A stretch of 64,000 nt of DNA, taken from Candidatus Sericytochromatia bacterium (GTDB taxonomy: Bacteria > Cyanobacteriota > Sericytochromatia > S15B-MN24 > JAQBPE01). The stretch is taken from assembly GCA_035285125.1 (NCBI GenBank), contig JAYKHR010000165.1, positions 32,001-96,000 on the forward strand, written 5' to 3'. The position numbers were made by a program, and so were the translations under genes. The first letter of the stretch is position 1, and every line of letters begins with the position of its first letter. The notes under the pieces were generated by a model. It was given only the letters and a program-made list of their open reading frames with translations. It made no database searches and was not told where the DNA came from. Positions 1 to 9,884 of this stretch are shown here, piece by piece.

Positions 1-539
1 AGGGCGCCCCCTCGCGGTTCGTGCAGTTCGTCGATGGCCGCTACTTGTTCAACTTCGCCCTGCCCTACACGCTCGACACCGAGGAGCTCGCTTACCACAT
101 GCGCCAGGGTGGAGACGAGCGGCAGCCGCTCGACGATCGCCTGCGACACTGGCGGCAGGCGATCGCGCTCCACGGGGGGCCTTACATGGCCGACATGACG
201 GCCGAGAGCCCTTGGCTGACCATCGAGCGCGAGCGGCACCACCGCCTCCTGCAGGAGGCCCACACCTCGCTGATCCGGGCCTGCCTCGGGCGGGACGACA
301 TGCTCGGCGCCCTCGACGCGGCCGAGTCCAACCTGGCCTTCGACGCCTGCAGCGAGCAGGCGCACCAGGTGAAGATGCGCGTGCTGGCCAGGCTCGGGCA
401 GCGCGACCAGGCCCTCCGCCACTTTCAGATCATGAAGCAGGTGCTGCAGCGGGAGCTGGGCCTGGCCCCGTCGGCGGCCTCGGAGAGCCTGCACCAGGCG
501 ATCGCCCGCGGTGCCGAGCCCGTCGGCCCCGAGCTCTGA
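1..539 (+). CDS. BTAD (SARP/AfsR-type transcriptional activator) domain protein, 5' truncated by window edge
   Basis: Frame open from position 3; 'WRQAIALHGGPYMAD..WL..ERE', 'EQAHQVKMRVLARLGQRDQAL', 'LQRELGLAPS' are typical BTAD TPR-like motifs. Confidence 0.85.
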   Translation, partial: GAPSRFVQFVDGRYLFNFALPYTLDTEELAYHMRQGGDERQPLDDRLRHWRQAIALHGGPYMADMTAESPWLTIERERHHRLLQEAHTSLIRACLGRDDMLGALDAAESNLAFDACSEQAHQVKMRVLARLGQRDQALRHFQIMKQVLQRELGLAPSAASESLHQAIARGAEPVGPEL

Positions 540-632
540 TGAGGGTCCCGGAGGCCAGGCCGGAACAACACCGGGCGTGTCATCATCGCTGTCATCGCGG
601 GCGGGGTACGATGCCCGAGAGGTGACTGCCCC

Positions 633-1766
633 ATGACCCCAGGCCGCGCACGTCCCATCCCCCTCCTCCTCGCGACCTCCGTCGCGGTGACCGCCGCGTC
701 CGGCTGCTGGTCTACGCCGGTCATGCCGGGCCCCAGCGCCGCCCCGACGGCGGTCGCCAGCCCGCGCCCGGTGGCCTCTACGCCTCCCCCCAAGCCCTCG
801 CCGACGCCGACGCCGAAGCCCGCGGCGAGCGCGGGTGCCGACGAAGATGCCGGCGCATTCGACCTGGCGGCGCCCCTGCCCTCCGCCAGCGTCGACTCCA
901 CGCTCGAGGCCACGGAGGACCAGCTCGTGAGCGCGGCGCTCAGCTCCGACGAGCTGGCAGCCTACATGCAAACGGACCTCATCCACGACGGGGGCGTCGT
1001 GCTGTACCGGACGCTGGCCGCGCCGCTGGTGGCATCGGGCCGCCGGCTCGAGGGCGACGGCGGCCGCAAGCCCCCGAGCCCCGTGGGTCGCAAGCCCCCC
1101 ATGCAGCGCCAGCTGGAGCGCAAGGGCGAGCCGGAGCTCTCCCTGCGCCAGGCCTGCGACGCCGGCGAAGACTGCAAGGCGGGGCGGCGGCGCGTCCGCG
1201 CCGCCGTCACGGTACGCCAGGTGGTGCGCGCCCAGCTCACGGACACCACGGGGGCCACCGTGACCAAGCGCTACGCGGAGGTCTTCCTCCGGGAGGTCGT
1301 GCTGGGGCCCAAGGCCGGCAAGATGAGCCTCGAGGCCATCGGGCCCCTGATGCTCCGCGCCGCGGGAGACGCCCGCGGCCTCGAGATGCGGGAGGTGGCC
1401 CTGAGCCTGCAGGACGGCCTGCCGCTGCTGGCCTGGCGGGCCGGCGACCGCCCCACGCCCGTGGCGCAGCTGCCGGTGCTGGCCGCCGGGGGCACCCTCC
1501 GCGTCCGGGTCCGCATCGACCAGGCCCGTCCGAGCGGGCTGGTGGTGCTGGCGGGCTTTCCGGGACAGAAGTGGGACGAGCGCGTGAAGCTGGTTGCCAG
1601 CGGGGTCGACACCGCCACCGGCGAGTACAGCGGGTCGGTGACGGTCCCGGCGCGCCAGGGTGCCACCCACCTGCTCATCGAGGCCGTCGACGCGCGCTCG
1701 CTCGAGCCGGCGGGGGCCTACCGCTCGGTGGGCCTCGGGTTCAGTGGCCGCGTGGGGGCCCCCTGA
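633..1766 (+). CDS. Hypothetical lipoprotein with Pro/Thr-rich linker
   Basis: Hydrophobic signal ending AASG-C; PTPTPKP linker; GAGGTG RBS and TACGAT -10 upstream; contains a YRTLA motif. Confidence 0.65.
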   Translation: MTPGRARPIPLLLATSVAVTAASGCWSTPVMPGPSAAPTAVASPRPVASTPPPKPSPTPTPKPAASAGADEDAGAFDLAAPLPSASVDSTLEATEDQLVSAALSSDELAAYMQTDLIHDGGVVLYRTLAAPLVASGRRLEGDGGRKPPSPVGRKPPMQRQLERKGEPELSLRQACDAGEDCKAGRRRVRAAVTVRQVVRAQLTDTTGATVTKRYAEVFLREVVLGPKAGKMSLEAIGPLMLRAAGDARGLEMREVALSLQDGLPLLAWRAGDRPTPVAQLPVLAAGGTLRVRVRIDQARPSGLVVLAGFPGQKWDERVKLVASGVDTATGEYSGSVTVPARQGATHLLIEAVDARSLEPAGAYRSVGLGFSGRVGAP

Positions 1767-3727
1767 GCGTGGGCCAGGATGGCGCCGAGGAACTCGCTGC
1801 CGTAGCGTGACAGCTTCTCGGGGCCAACCCCCTTCACCGCCAGCATCGCCCCCAGGCTGGTGGGCCGGGCGGCGGCGAGGTCCTCCAACGTCTGGTTGGA
1901 GAAGACCTTGTAGGCGGGCACGTCCTGCTCCCGGGCCAGCTGCCCGCGCAGCCGCACCAGCGAGTCGTACAGGGCCCCGTTCCCGCCGGCGGCCCGGAGC
2001 CCCGCAGCCGGGCGCCGGGCGGGCGCCGCGCCAGGCGCGTCCGTCTGGTCGAGGCAAACGTCGCAGCGGCCGCACCGGCCCGCCGTGCGCTCGCCGAAGT
2101 AGTCCAGGATGACGTTGCGCCGGCATCGCGGCGCGGTCGCGAAGCCGACCATGCGCTCGAGGCGGGCCAGCTCGCGGGCCTGCTTGCTCTCGATGTAGGC
2201 CAGGTCCAGGGCAGCCAGCGGGTCATCGACGCGGGCCAGCACCCGCAGCCCCCGCGTCCGAGCGGGGGGGATGTAGTCGAGCACGCCTCGTGCCCGCAAC
2301 GCCAGCAGGGCGTGGTGGATCGCCTCTCGGGGCTCCCCGACCGTGGCGGCGAGCGCGCCCAGCTCGACCGGCGCCCCGCTGTTGACGCCAGGCAGGCGGT
2401 CCACGACCTCCAGGACCCGGTGCTGAATGGCGCTGCGAGGCGCCGGGAGCCCAGCGCGTACCATGCGCACCTCTGCCACCGAGGCCCCTCGGGCCAGGCG
2501 CTCGATGAGGCCTGCGCGCTCAAGCCAGAGCAGCGACGTGCCAACAGCCATGTCGTGGGCTTTGTGCGGCAGCTGCCGGTTGATGGCCTCCTGGCTCAGG
2601 AAGATGTCCTGCTCGGGCCGCCCGGCCAGGACGCGGTAGACGCCGGCCACCGTCTCCGGTCGGGGGCACCCCCCTTCGATGAAGAACTCCTGCAGGTAAC
2701 GGTCCGCCGGGCTGTAGAGCAGCACGCAGTAGGCGGGGTGCCCGTCCCGTCCCGCCCTGCCGGCCTCCTGGTAGTAAGCCTCCAGGGTGCCCGGCAGGTC
2801 GTGGTGGACGACGGCCCGCACGTCCGGCTTGTCGATTCCCATGCCGAAGGCGTTGGTGGCCACCACGACCCGAGCCCGGCCGGCCATGAAACGTTCCTGG
2901 GCCGCAGCCCGCTCCTCGTCCCCGAGCCCCGCATGGTAAGCGACGGCCCCGATCCCGGCCGAGACGAGGCGCTCCGTGACGGCCTCGACGTTCTTGCGTG
3001 TCGCGGCATAGACGATCGCGGCCCCGGGCACCCTGTCGAGGATCTCCAGCAGCTTCTCAGCCTTGGCCTCCTCAGAGGGCGTGTGGCGCACGACGTAGCG
3101 GAGGTTGGGGCGATCGAAGCCCGAGACCACAATGTGCGGGTCCCGCAGGCCCAGCTGGCCGATCACGTCCGTCCGCACCTCTGGCGTGGCCGTGGCCGTG
3201 GCAGCCAGCACCACCGGATCGCCACAGGCTTCTCGCGCGGCTCGCAGCTTCAGGTAGTCAGGGCGAAAGTCGTGGCCCCACTGAGACAGGCAGTGGGCCT
3301 CGTCGATGGCCAGCAGGGAGACGCGCACGTGCCGAAGGGCCTCGAGGAACGCCCGCTGACGAAACCGCTCAGGCGCGACGTAGAGCAACCGCCAGGTGCC
3401 CTCGACCAGCCCCTCGAGGCGCTCTGCCTGGGTCTCCGGATCAAGGCTGCTGTTCACGAAGGTCGCCGGGATGCCCCGCGCCTCGAGGGCATCGACCTGG
3501 TCCTTCATCAGGGCGATGAGCGGCGACACCACCACCGTAACGCCGGGCAGCAGCAGCGCGGGAAGCTGGTAACACAGCGACTTGCCACGGCCGGTGGGCA
3601 TCACGGCGAGCGTGGAGCGCCCCGCGAGCAGGGCGTCGATGACCTCCCGCTGGCCCTCGCGGAAGCCTGAGAGCCCGAATCGCTCACGCAGGCAGGCTTC
3701 TATGTCGTGGGGGGGAGGGGCAGGCAT
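1718..3727 (-). CDS. recQ: ATP-dependent DNA helicase RecQ family with C-terminal HRDC domain
   Basis: MPTGRGKSLCYQ, DEAHCLSQWGHDFRPDY, ATNAFGMGIDKPDVR, YQEAGRAGRDG, CRR..ILDYFGE..CGRCDVC Zn site, HRDC 'VPAYKVFSNQTL'; start uncertain (3727 or 3760). Confidence 0.93.
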   Translation of the reverse strand: MPAPPPHDIEACLRERFGLSGFREGQREVIDALLAGRSTLAVMPTGRGKSLCYQLPALLLPGVTVVVSPLIALMKDQVDALEARGIPATFVNSSLDPETQAERLEGLVEGTWRLLYVAPERFRQRAFLEALRHVRVSLLAIDEAHCLSQWGHDFRPDYLKLRAAREACGDPVVLAATATATPEVRTDVIGQLGLRDPHIVVSGFDRPNLRYVVRHTPSEEAKAEKLLEILDRVPGAAIVYAATRKNVEAVTERLVSAGIGAVAYHAGLGDEERAAAQERFMAGRARVVVATNAFGMGIDKPDVRAVVHHDLPGTLEAYYQEAGRAGRDGHPAYCVLLYSPADRYLQEFFIEGGCPRPETVAGVYRVLAGRPEQDIFLSQEAINRQLPHKAHDMAVGTSLLWLERAGLIERLARGASVAEVRMVRAGLPAPRSAIQHRVLEVVDRLPGVNSGAPVELGALAATVGEPREAIHHALLALRARGVLDYIPPARTRGLRVLARVDDPLAALDLAYIESKQARELARLERMVGFATAPRCRRNVILDYFGERTAGRCGRCDVCLDQTDAPGAAPARRPAAGLRAAGGNGALYDSLVRLRGQLAREQDVPAYKVFSNQTLEDLAAARPTSLGAMLAVKGVGPEKLSRYGSEFLGAILAHAQGAPTRPLNPRPTER

Positions 3728-3831
3728 GTGGCACGGGGTGGCTGGAGGCAGGGCCGCCATTGTAGCCGCTCGCCAGCGCGCCGGCCAGCGAAACGCCTGT
3801 TCAGGAGCGCTTCCCCTCGCCCCTGAACACC

Positions 3832-4566
3832 CTAGGAGGCCCGGTCCACCACCACGCCGCTGCCGGCGGGGGTGCCAAGCGTCTCGACGCTGGCCTCGGC
3901 ATCGTCGAGCCGTCCAGCCTCGACCGTGAACGTGAGGACCTGCTTCTCGCCAGGCGCCAGCGTCACCTTGCGCGTCTGGATCACCCCCGTCGGGTTGCCG
4001 TCGTCGAGGAAGCGGACCTGCACCCGCCCGCTCAAGGTGCGGTCTGCCGGGTTCTCGACCTCGACGCGCGCGGAGATTTTCCCGCCCCGTAGCCGGGCGA
4101 AGAACCCTGGCTCCTTGACCTCAGCCACCCAGGCGGACAGCCTGGTGGCAGCCACGGGCGGCGGGGTCGGCGACGCGCTGGCCCGCGCCCGGACCACGGC
4201 ATCGTCGCCGTAAGAAGCCCCGTAGTCGCCGTAGCTGCCGCTCGTGATGGCCCGCGGGCTGGCGCCGGGGCCCGTCGGCCCCTCAGCGTCCGAGCCGCCG
4301 TAGGCCATGCCATAGGACGTGCCGGACGTTCCCGTCCCGTAGCCCGAGCCGTAGTTGGACTCGTACGAGCCACCGGTGTCGCCCCCGTAGCCTCCGCTGT
4401 AGGAGCCCCCGAGGTCCCCACCATACCCCGCCCCGTAGCCGGCCTCGGCGCCGTAACCGGCACCATATCCGTAGGGGTCAGCCCCGAGGGGGCCACCCAC
4501 GCCACAGCCAGCCGCGGCCAGGATGGCAGCGGCGAGGGCAATGGCACGGAGTGAGCGGGTCAGCAT
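3832..4566 (-). CDS. Lipoprotein with Gly/Tyr/Ser low-complexity region and C-terminal FxLYD-like Ig domain
   Basis: LAAAG-C lipobox; GYGA/YGGD.GGSY repeats; 'VEVEN..RTLSGRVQVRFLD..LAPGE..F' domain. Confidence 0.7.
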   Translation of the reverse strand: MLTRSLRAIALAAAILAAAGCGVGGPLGADPYGYGAGYGAEAGYGAGYGGDLGGSYSGGYGGDTGGSYESNYGSGYGTGTSGTSYGMAYGGSDAEGPTGPGASPRAITSGSYGDYGASYGDDAVVRARASASPTPPPVAATRLSAWVAEVKEPGFFARLRGGKISARVEVENPADRTLSGRVQVRFLDDGNPTGVIQTRKVTLAPGEKQVLTFTVEAGRLDDAEASVETLGTPAGSGVVVDRAS

Positions 4567-4591
4567 GGGCAGGGCGCTCCAGGCAGGTCTC

Positions 4592-4735
4592 CTTATATAT
4601 AGCTTAACACTGCCTTGGACTTACCTGGTCGCGCGCACCCGACTGAACCGCCCCACGGGGTGATGCGGGCGAGCCGCCTTTCCTTGACAGGTCATTAAGG
4701 TTGTTTTATTCTTTCTTTAACATTTGAAGTTAACG
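4592..4735. promoter_or_regulatory. AT-rich divergent control region with 11-bp phased TTAAC-like direct repeats
   Basis: TTATA/TTAAC/TTGGA at 4593/4604/4615 and TTGAC/TTAAG/TTATT/TTAAC at 4684/4695/4706/4717. Confidence 0.55.
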
Positions 4736-4833
4736 TTGGGCCCCCGGGGGATAACCGACGCCTGCCTCAGGCCGAAACCGCCCTGCCCGTTCGAGTCGAT
4801 CGCCGCCCCGCGGCGTCTGAAGAGGATGGACCG

Positions 4834-5400
4834 ATGCGTCACACGGCACTCTCCCTGATCACCCTGACCACCCTGCTGGTCGCGGGCTGCGGCACGCAGA
4901 CTGGCACCCCGACGCCGCGCCTTGGCGGCGTTTCCCAGGCCGCGAGCCTGACGGACGAGGGCAGCCTCGTGTTCGACAAGGACGTCGTCTACAAGGCCCT
5001 CGACGTGCTCGGCGTCGGTCCCGTCTTCGGCGGCAAGCTGAAGGCTGCCGGGGTCGACACCGTGAAGGAGTTGCTGCTTGCCGGCACGACGCCGACCGCC
5101 CGCCGCAAGCTGGCCGAGAGCACGGGCCTGAGCCCCAAGAACCTGCTCACGTGGATCAACCACGCCGACCTGATGCGCGTGACGGGCTGCGGCCCGGAGT
5201 ACTCCCGGCTGCTCGAGCGCGCTGGTGTCGATACCGTCATGGAGTTGGCCCGGCGCAACTCCATCCAACTCGCGGCGCGCCTCAAGGCCGCCAACGACCT
5301 GGGCGGCGGGCGCAAGTGCGTCCAGCGCCTGCCCAACGTGACCACCACCACACGCTGGGTCGACAACGCCAACTCCTTCGCCCGCCTGGTCTCCTACTGA
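4834..5400 (+). CDS. DUF4332 domain lipoprotein (tandem HhH-like)
   Basis: LVAG-C lipobox; 'LGVGPVFGGKLKAAGVDTV', 'WINHADLMRVTGCGPEYSRLLERAGVDTVMELARRN'. Confidence 0.85.
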   Translation: MRHTALSLITLTTLLVAGCGTQTGTPTPRLGGVSQAASLTDEGSLVFDKDVVYKALDVLGVGPVFGGKLKAAGVDTVKELLLAGTTPTARRKLAESTGLSPKNLLTWINHADLMRVTGCGPEYSRLLERAGVDTVMELARRNSIQLAARLKAANDLGGGRKCVQRLPNVTTTTRWVDNANSFARLVSY

Positions 5401-5415
5401 TCGCAGGGCGGCAAC

Positions 5416-5449
5416 AGGCCGGGGCCCCGAGGGGTCCCGGCCTTTTTGT
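5416..5449 (+). terminator. Rho-independent terminator
   Basis: AGGCCGGGGCCC-loop-GGGTCCCGGCCT followed by T-run, just after the DUF4332 stop. Confidence 0.8.
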
Positions 5450-5536
5450 TCATCCCCCAGACCGACCCTCGTCGCTTGGGCCGCCGTCGCGCGCCCCCCT
5501 ACGATGGGGCGCACCTGGAGCCAGGAGGAGGAAAGC

Positions 5537-6118
5537 ATGAGCGCACATCAAGGGGGACGGGGCCGCCAGCAGGCTGGCGGGGAGCACAGACCGAAGACCA
5601 CGCGACACGTGGCCGGCGTGCCCATCATGGGCAAGCACCGGGCGCCGCGCTTCACCAAGGTCGCGGAGGTGATGACGCCGCACGTGGTGGCCGTCACCGG
5701 CGTGACCTTCCTGCCGGAGGCCGCCCGCATCATGAAAGAGGAGGACGTGGGTGCCTTGCCGGTGGTCAAAGAGGACGGGACGCTGATCGGCATCGTCACC
5801 GACCGCGACATCACGGTCCGGGCGGTGGCCGCAGGCCTGGACCCACGCGAGATCCGCGTCGGGGAAATCGCGACGATGGAGGACCTGGTCACGCTGTCCC
5901 CGGCCACCACGCTGGCCGAGGCAGAGGCGTGCATGGCCGAGCACCAGGTCCGCCGCCTGCCCGTGGTCGAGTCGGGCGAGCGGGTGGTCGGCATGCTGGC
6001 GCTGGCCGACCTGGCGTCACTGGCGTCGGGCAAGGATCTCAAGGCGGTGGTGGAGGACATCTCCCGCGCGGGTGGCGAGCACACCCAGGTCGCTGAAAAC
6101 CTGCCGAAGCACGGCTGA
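5537..6118 (+). CDS. CBS domain-containing protein
   Basis: 'VAEVMT','VGALPVV..LIGIVTDRDITVRAVA','HQVRRLPVV'; GGAGGAGG RBS before ATG 5537. Confidence 0.9.
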   Translation: MSAHQGGRGRQQAGGEHRPKTTRHVAGVPIMGKHRAPRFTKVAEVMTPHVVAVTGVTFLPEAARIMKEEDVGALPVVKEDGTLIGIVTDRDITVRAVAAGLDPREIRVGEIATMEDLVTLSPATTLAEAEACMAEHQVRRLPVVESGERVVGMLALADLASLASGKDLKAVVEDISRAGGEHTQVAENLPKHG

Positions 6119-6130
6119 GGCGGAGCCCCA

Positions 6131-6169
6131 AAAGGTAGCGAGCCCCCTTCCTCACGGAAGGGGGCTCGC
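6131..6169 (-). terminator. Intrinsic terminator between convergent CBS gene and ahcY
   Basis: Perfect 14-bp stem GCGAGCCCCCTTCC/GGAAGGGGGCTCGC with 4-nt loop; T-run follows on the minus strand. Confidence 0.8.
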
Positions 6170-6181
6170 CCCGTTCAGGGC

Positions 6182-7486
6182 TCAGTAGCGGTAGTGACCG
6201 GGCTTGAACGGGCCCTCTGCGGGTATGCCCAGGTACTCGGCCTGCTCGTTCGAGAGCCTGGTCAGCTTGACGCCGAGCTTCTCAAGGTGGAGGCGCGCCA
6301 CCTCTTCGTCCAGCTTCTTAGGCAGCACGTGGACGCCGAGGGGGTAGCTGTCCTTCCACAGGGAGATCTGCGCCAGCACCTGGTTGGTGAACGAGGTGCT
6401 CATGACGAACGAGGGGTGGCCGGTGGCGCAGCCCAGGTTGACGAGGCGGCCGGAGGCCAGGACGATCACGCCCCGGCCGTTGCCCAGCGTGTAGCGGTCC
6501 ACCTGCGGCTTGATGGTGTCCTTCTGGGCGTTGGCGTCGAGCCACGCCACGTCGATCTCGCAGTCGAAGTGGCCGATGTTGCAGACGATGGCGTTGTCCT
6601 TCATCGCGAGCAGGTGCTCGGGTCGGATGATGCCCAGGCAGCCCGTGGCCGTCACGAAGATGTCAGCCACGGGGGCCGCGTCCTCCATCGTGACGACCTC
6701 GAAGCCCTCCATCGCTGCCTGCAGCGCGCAGATGGGGTCGATCTCCGTGATCAGCACGCGGGCGCCGTAGTTCCGCATCGAGTGCGCGGAGCCCTTGCCC
6801 ACGTCGCCGTAACCGGCCACCACCACGACCTTGCCACCCACCATGGCGTCCGTGGCCCGCTTGATGCCGTCGGCCAGCGACTCGCGGCAGCCGTAGAGGT
6901 TGTCGAACTTCGACTTCGTGACGGAGTCGTTGACGTTGATCGCCGGCACCTTCAGCTCGTTGCGCTCCATCATCTGGTAGAGCCGGTGCACGCCCGTGGT
7001 GGTCTCCTCGGACAGGCCCTTGACGTCGGCGAGCAGCTCGGGGTGCTGCTGATGGACGACCTGCGTCAGGTCGCCGCCGTCATCGAGGATGAGGTTCAGG
7101 CCGCGGCCGTCGGGCCAGCGCAGCGTCTGGTCGATGCACCACCAGTACTCCTCCTCGGTCTCGCCCTTCCAGGCGAAGACCGGAATGCCGGCAGCGGCGA
7201 TGGCGGCAGCGGCATGGTCCTGCGTGGAGAAGATGTTGCAGCTCGACCAGCGCACGTCGGCGCCCAGCTCCACCAGCGTCTCGATGAGCACGGCGGTCTG
7301 GATGGTCATGTGAAGCGAACCGGCGATCCGGGCGCCCGCGAGGGGCTTCTGGCCCTTGTAGCGTTCGCGGAGAGCCATCAGGCCGGGCATCTCCTTCTCG
7401 GCGATCGCGATTTCCTTGCGGCCCCACTCGGCGAGCGAGATGTCCGCAACCTTGTAGTCTTGCTGCTTGACGGTCATGGTGGTCAC
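6182..7486 (-). CDS. ahcY: Adenosylhomocysteinase
   Basis: [64 protein letters not shown]. Confidence 0.98.
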   Translation of the reverse strand: MTTMTVKQQDYKVADISLAEWGRKEIAIAEKEMPGLMALRERYKGQKPLAGARIAGSLHMTIQTAVLIETLVELGADVRWSSCNIFSTQDHAAAAIAAAGIPVFAWKGETEEEYWWCIDQTLRWPDGRGLNLILDDGGDLTQVVHQQHPELLADVKGLSEETTTGVHRLYQMMERNELKVPAINVNDSVTKSKFDNLYGCRESLADGIKRATDAMVGGKVVVVAGYGDVGKGSAHSMRNYGARVLITEIDPICALQAAMEGFEVVTMEDAAPVADIFVTATGCLGIIRPEHLLAMKDNAIVCNIGHFDCEIDVAWLDANAQKDTIKPQVDRYTLGNGRGVIVLASGRLVNLGCATGHPSFVMSTSFTNQVLAQISLWKDSYPLGVHVLPKKLDEEVARLHLEKLGVKLTRLSNEQAEYLGIPAEGPFKPGHYRY

Positions 7487-7621
7487 TGGGGACTCCTAAA
7501 AAAACAGGCGTGAATCCTGGTCCGGCGCGTTGGCGTCGGTGACGCGCCATTATCGCGCATCCGGCCGGCAGGCGCCAGCGGCCGGTGGGTGGCGTGGCGT
7601 TCACGGCAGGGGCCTCGGCCG

Positions 7622-8740
7622 TCAGGTCCGGGCCAGGGCGTGCAGGCGCCAGAGCGCGAGGGCCCCGCACAGCAGGTTCGGGAGCCAGGCCGCGAGCCCG
7701 GGAGCCAGCGTGCCCGTCTGGCCGAAGGCCATCCCCATGAACATCAGCACATAGTAGGCGAAGAGCACCAGCACGCTGACGCCCAGCCCCACGGAGGCGC
7801 TGGCACGCTGCGGGCGGATCCCCATCCCCGCGCCCAGCAGGGTGAACACGACGGCCGCGAACGGCACGGCGACGCGCTGCCCCGCCAGCACCTCGAGCTC
7901 CGCGACCTCCCGGGGAGAGGCCCCGGTCCGAGCCAGGTGCCGCACGTGGGACCTCAACTCAGCCAGGGTCATCTCCTGGGGCGCACGTCCCTCCTGGGTC
8001 ATGGCCAGCAGGTCGGCGCCGAGTTGCACCCGTTGGGAGGCGAAGCGCACGGTCCAGCGGAACTCGCCACGCTCATCCACCTGGTGCATCACGCCCCCCC
8101 GGAAAAGCCAGCCGTCGGCCAGCGGCTCGGCCTCCGCAGCCTGCACGAGGCGCACCAGTCGCCCCTCCTCGAGCTCCTGCACGATGACGTCCCGCATGCG
8201 CCGGCCGTCCCACTGGCGCGCGTAGAAGAAGCGCCGGAGGACGCCCGCCTCCCTCTCAGGGTAGAACAGGTGGTCGCGGGCCACAGGCACCTGGTGCTGC
8301 TGGGTGGCCTCCACCAGCACCCGCCTGGCCTGCCCGGAGGCGATGGGGCTGACGACCTCATTCAACAGCAGGGTCGCGACGGCCACGGCGCTGGCGAAAG
8401 CCACCCCGGGCGCCACGAGCCGCGCGAAGCCGACGCCCGCAGCCCGCCACGCCGTGAGCTCGCCGTCTCCTGCCAGGCGGCTGTAGGCCAGCAACGAGGC
8501 CAGCAGCGTCGCCATTGGAAAGGTGAAGAAGGCCGTCTCCGGCAGCCGCAGCACCAGCACCTCGAGGACCATCCACGCAGGCAGCCCGTGCCGGACCATC
8601 AGCGTCACCAGATGGAACAACACGGTGGTCGCGAGCAGGATGCCCGTGAACGCGGCAACTCCAAAGGCGAAGGGCGCGGCGAGCTCTCGCAGGACGCTGC
8701 GGTCGAGGAGCCCCGGGCCGCCCGGCAACGGCGGCGTCAC
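7622..8740 (-). CDS. LptF/LptG family LPS export permease
   Basis: 'LDRSVLRELAAPFAFG','P.A.LLA.L.AYSRLAGDGELTA','LAAWLPN'; downstream of lptB. Confidence 0.9.
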   Translation of the reverse strand: MTPPLPGGPGLLDRSVLRELAAPFAFGVAAFTGILLATTVLFHLVTLMVRHGLPAWMVLEVLVLRLPETAFFTFPMATLLASLLAYSRLAGDGELTAWRAAGVGFARLVAPGVAFASAVAVATLLLNEVVSPIASGQARRVLVEATQQHQVPVARDHLFYPEREAGVLRRFFYARQWDGRRMRDVIVQELEEGRLVRLVQAAEAEPLADGWLFRGGVMHQVDERGEFRWTVRFASQRVQLGADLLAMTQEGRAPQEMTLAELRSHVRHLARTGASPREVAELEVLAGQRVAVPFAAVVFTLLGAGMGIRPQRASASVGLGVSVLVLFAYYVLMFMGMAFGQTGTLAPGLAAWLPNLLCGALALWRLHALART

Positions 8741-9456
8741 ATCCGGAATTCTTCGCCCAGGTAGTGGCGCCGGGCAATCTCACTGGCCGCGACCTCCTCG
8801 GGGGTCCCCGAGACCACCACCTCGCCGTTGCTCAGGATGTGGGCATAATCGACCACGCCGAGGGTTTCCCGCACGTTGTGGTCCGTGATGAGGATGCCGA
8901 GGTTCTTTTCCTTCAGCCGCCGGATCATCTTCTGCAACTCGGCGACCGTGAGCGGGTCGATGGCGCTGAAAGGCTCGTCCAGCAGCAAGAAGCTCGGGTT
9001 CGCCGCCATCGCCCGCGCGATCTCGACGCGGCGCCGCTCGCCGCCCGACAGCTGCGAACCCTTGTTCTTGGCAACCTTGGTGAGGTTGAATTCCTCGAGC
9101 AGGCCAGGCAGGCGCTCGCGCTGCTCAGCCTTCGGGACACCCTTGATCTGCCAGACGGCGATGATGTTCTCCTCGACCGTGAGCTTGCGGAACACCGAGG
9201 GCTCCTGCGCCAGGTAGCCGATGCCCCGCCGGGCCCGCATGTGCATCGGCAGGTGGCCGATGGGCTGCCCGTCGAGCAGGACGTCCCCACCATTCGGCTT
9301 GACCAACCCGACGACCATATAGAAAGTGGTCGTCTTGCCAGCGCCGTTAGGGCCCAGCAGGCCGACAATCTGGCCACGGTCGACCGTGATCGAGACGCCG
9401 TTCACGACGCGGCGCGACCGGTAGGTCTTCATGAGGTTCTGCGTGACGATGGCCAT
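8737..9456 (-). CDS. lptB: LPS export ABC transporter ATP-binding protein
   Basis: GPNGAGKTTTFY, RARRGIGYLAQEPSVFRKL, LSGGERRRVEIAR, ITDHNVRET, YLGEEF. Confidence 0.95.
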   Translation of the reverse strand: MAIVTQNLMKTYRSRRVVNGVSITVDRGQIVGLLGPNGAGKTTTFYMVVGLVKPNGGDVLLDGQPIGHLPMHMRARRGIGYLAQEPSVFRKLTVEENIIAVWQIKGVPKAEQRERLPGLLEEFNLTKVAKNKGSQLSGGERRRVEIARAMAANPSFLLLDEPFSAIDPLTVAELQKMIRRLKEKNLGILITDHNVRETLGVVDYAHILSNGEVVVSGTPEEVAASEIARRHYLGEEFRM

Positions 9457-9470
9457 GGGGACGCGCTCGC

Positions 9471-9884
9471 TCAGGGTCCAGACAGCGGCCCGGCCGCACC
9501 GGCGGGCAAGATGATGCGGGTCCGGGTGGTGCCTTCTGCCATCAGGCGCCGCTCTGCCACATGATACGTGATGCGGGCCGCACGGAAAGTGTCGCTGCCC
9601 CTGCGGGCCTCGACACCGCCCGTGAACAGCACCCGCAGCACGCGGTCCTCGGCCGGCGCAGCAAAAATGGTGGCCTGCTGGCAAGTCACCACCATCTGGG
9701 GCAGCGTGATGCGGACGTTACCGCGAACCTGGTACGTGTGCCCTTTCCCGTCGTAGGTGGTGGAGTCCGCCTCGATCTGAAGCTGCGGGGGGGGCGGGGT
9801 CGGGGGCGCAGCCAGCCCCGGCGCCGCGCCCAGCAGCACGGCAAGGAGCGCGGCTGGCAACGTGGCAGGCACCCGGCCGCTCAC
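9471..9884 (-). CDS. lptA: LptA/OstA family periplasmic protein
   Basis: Signal peptide; 'IEADS..Y..GNV.I','GGV..RGSDTFRAARITY' beta-jellyroll pattern; operon context. Confidence 0.8.
   Translation of the reverse strand: MSGRVPATLPAALLAVLLGAAPGLAAPPTPPPPQLQIEADSTTYDGKGHTYQVRGNVRITLPQMVVTCQQATIFAAPAEDRVLRVLFTGGVEARRGSDTFRAARITYHVAERRLMAEGTTRTRIILPAGAAGPLSGP

Noticed and set aside
1718..1766. Convergent 3' overlaps (recQ/lipoprotein; M16/comF at 15593-15612) as antisense regulation
   Set aside because: Short tail-to-tail overlaps are common in GC-rich genomes where stop codons are scarce
7487..7621. SAH riboswitch upstream of ahcY
   Set aside because: No GAGGAGCGCTGC..AGGCTC core on the minus strand; only a -10-like GATAAT and an RBS are present
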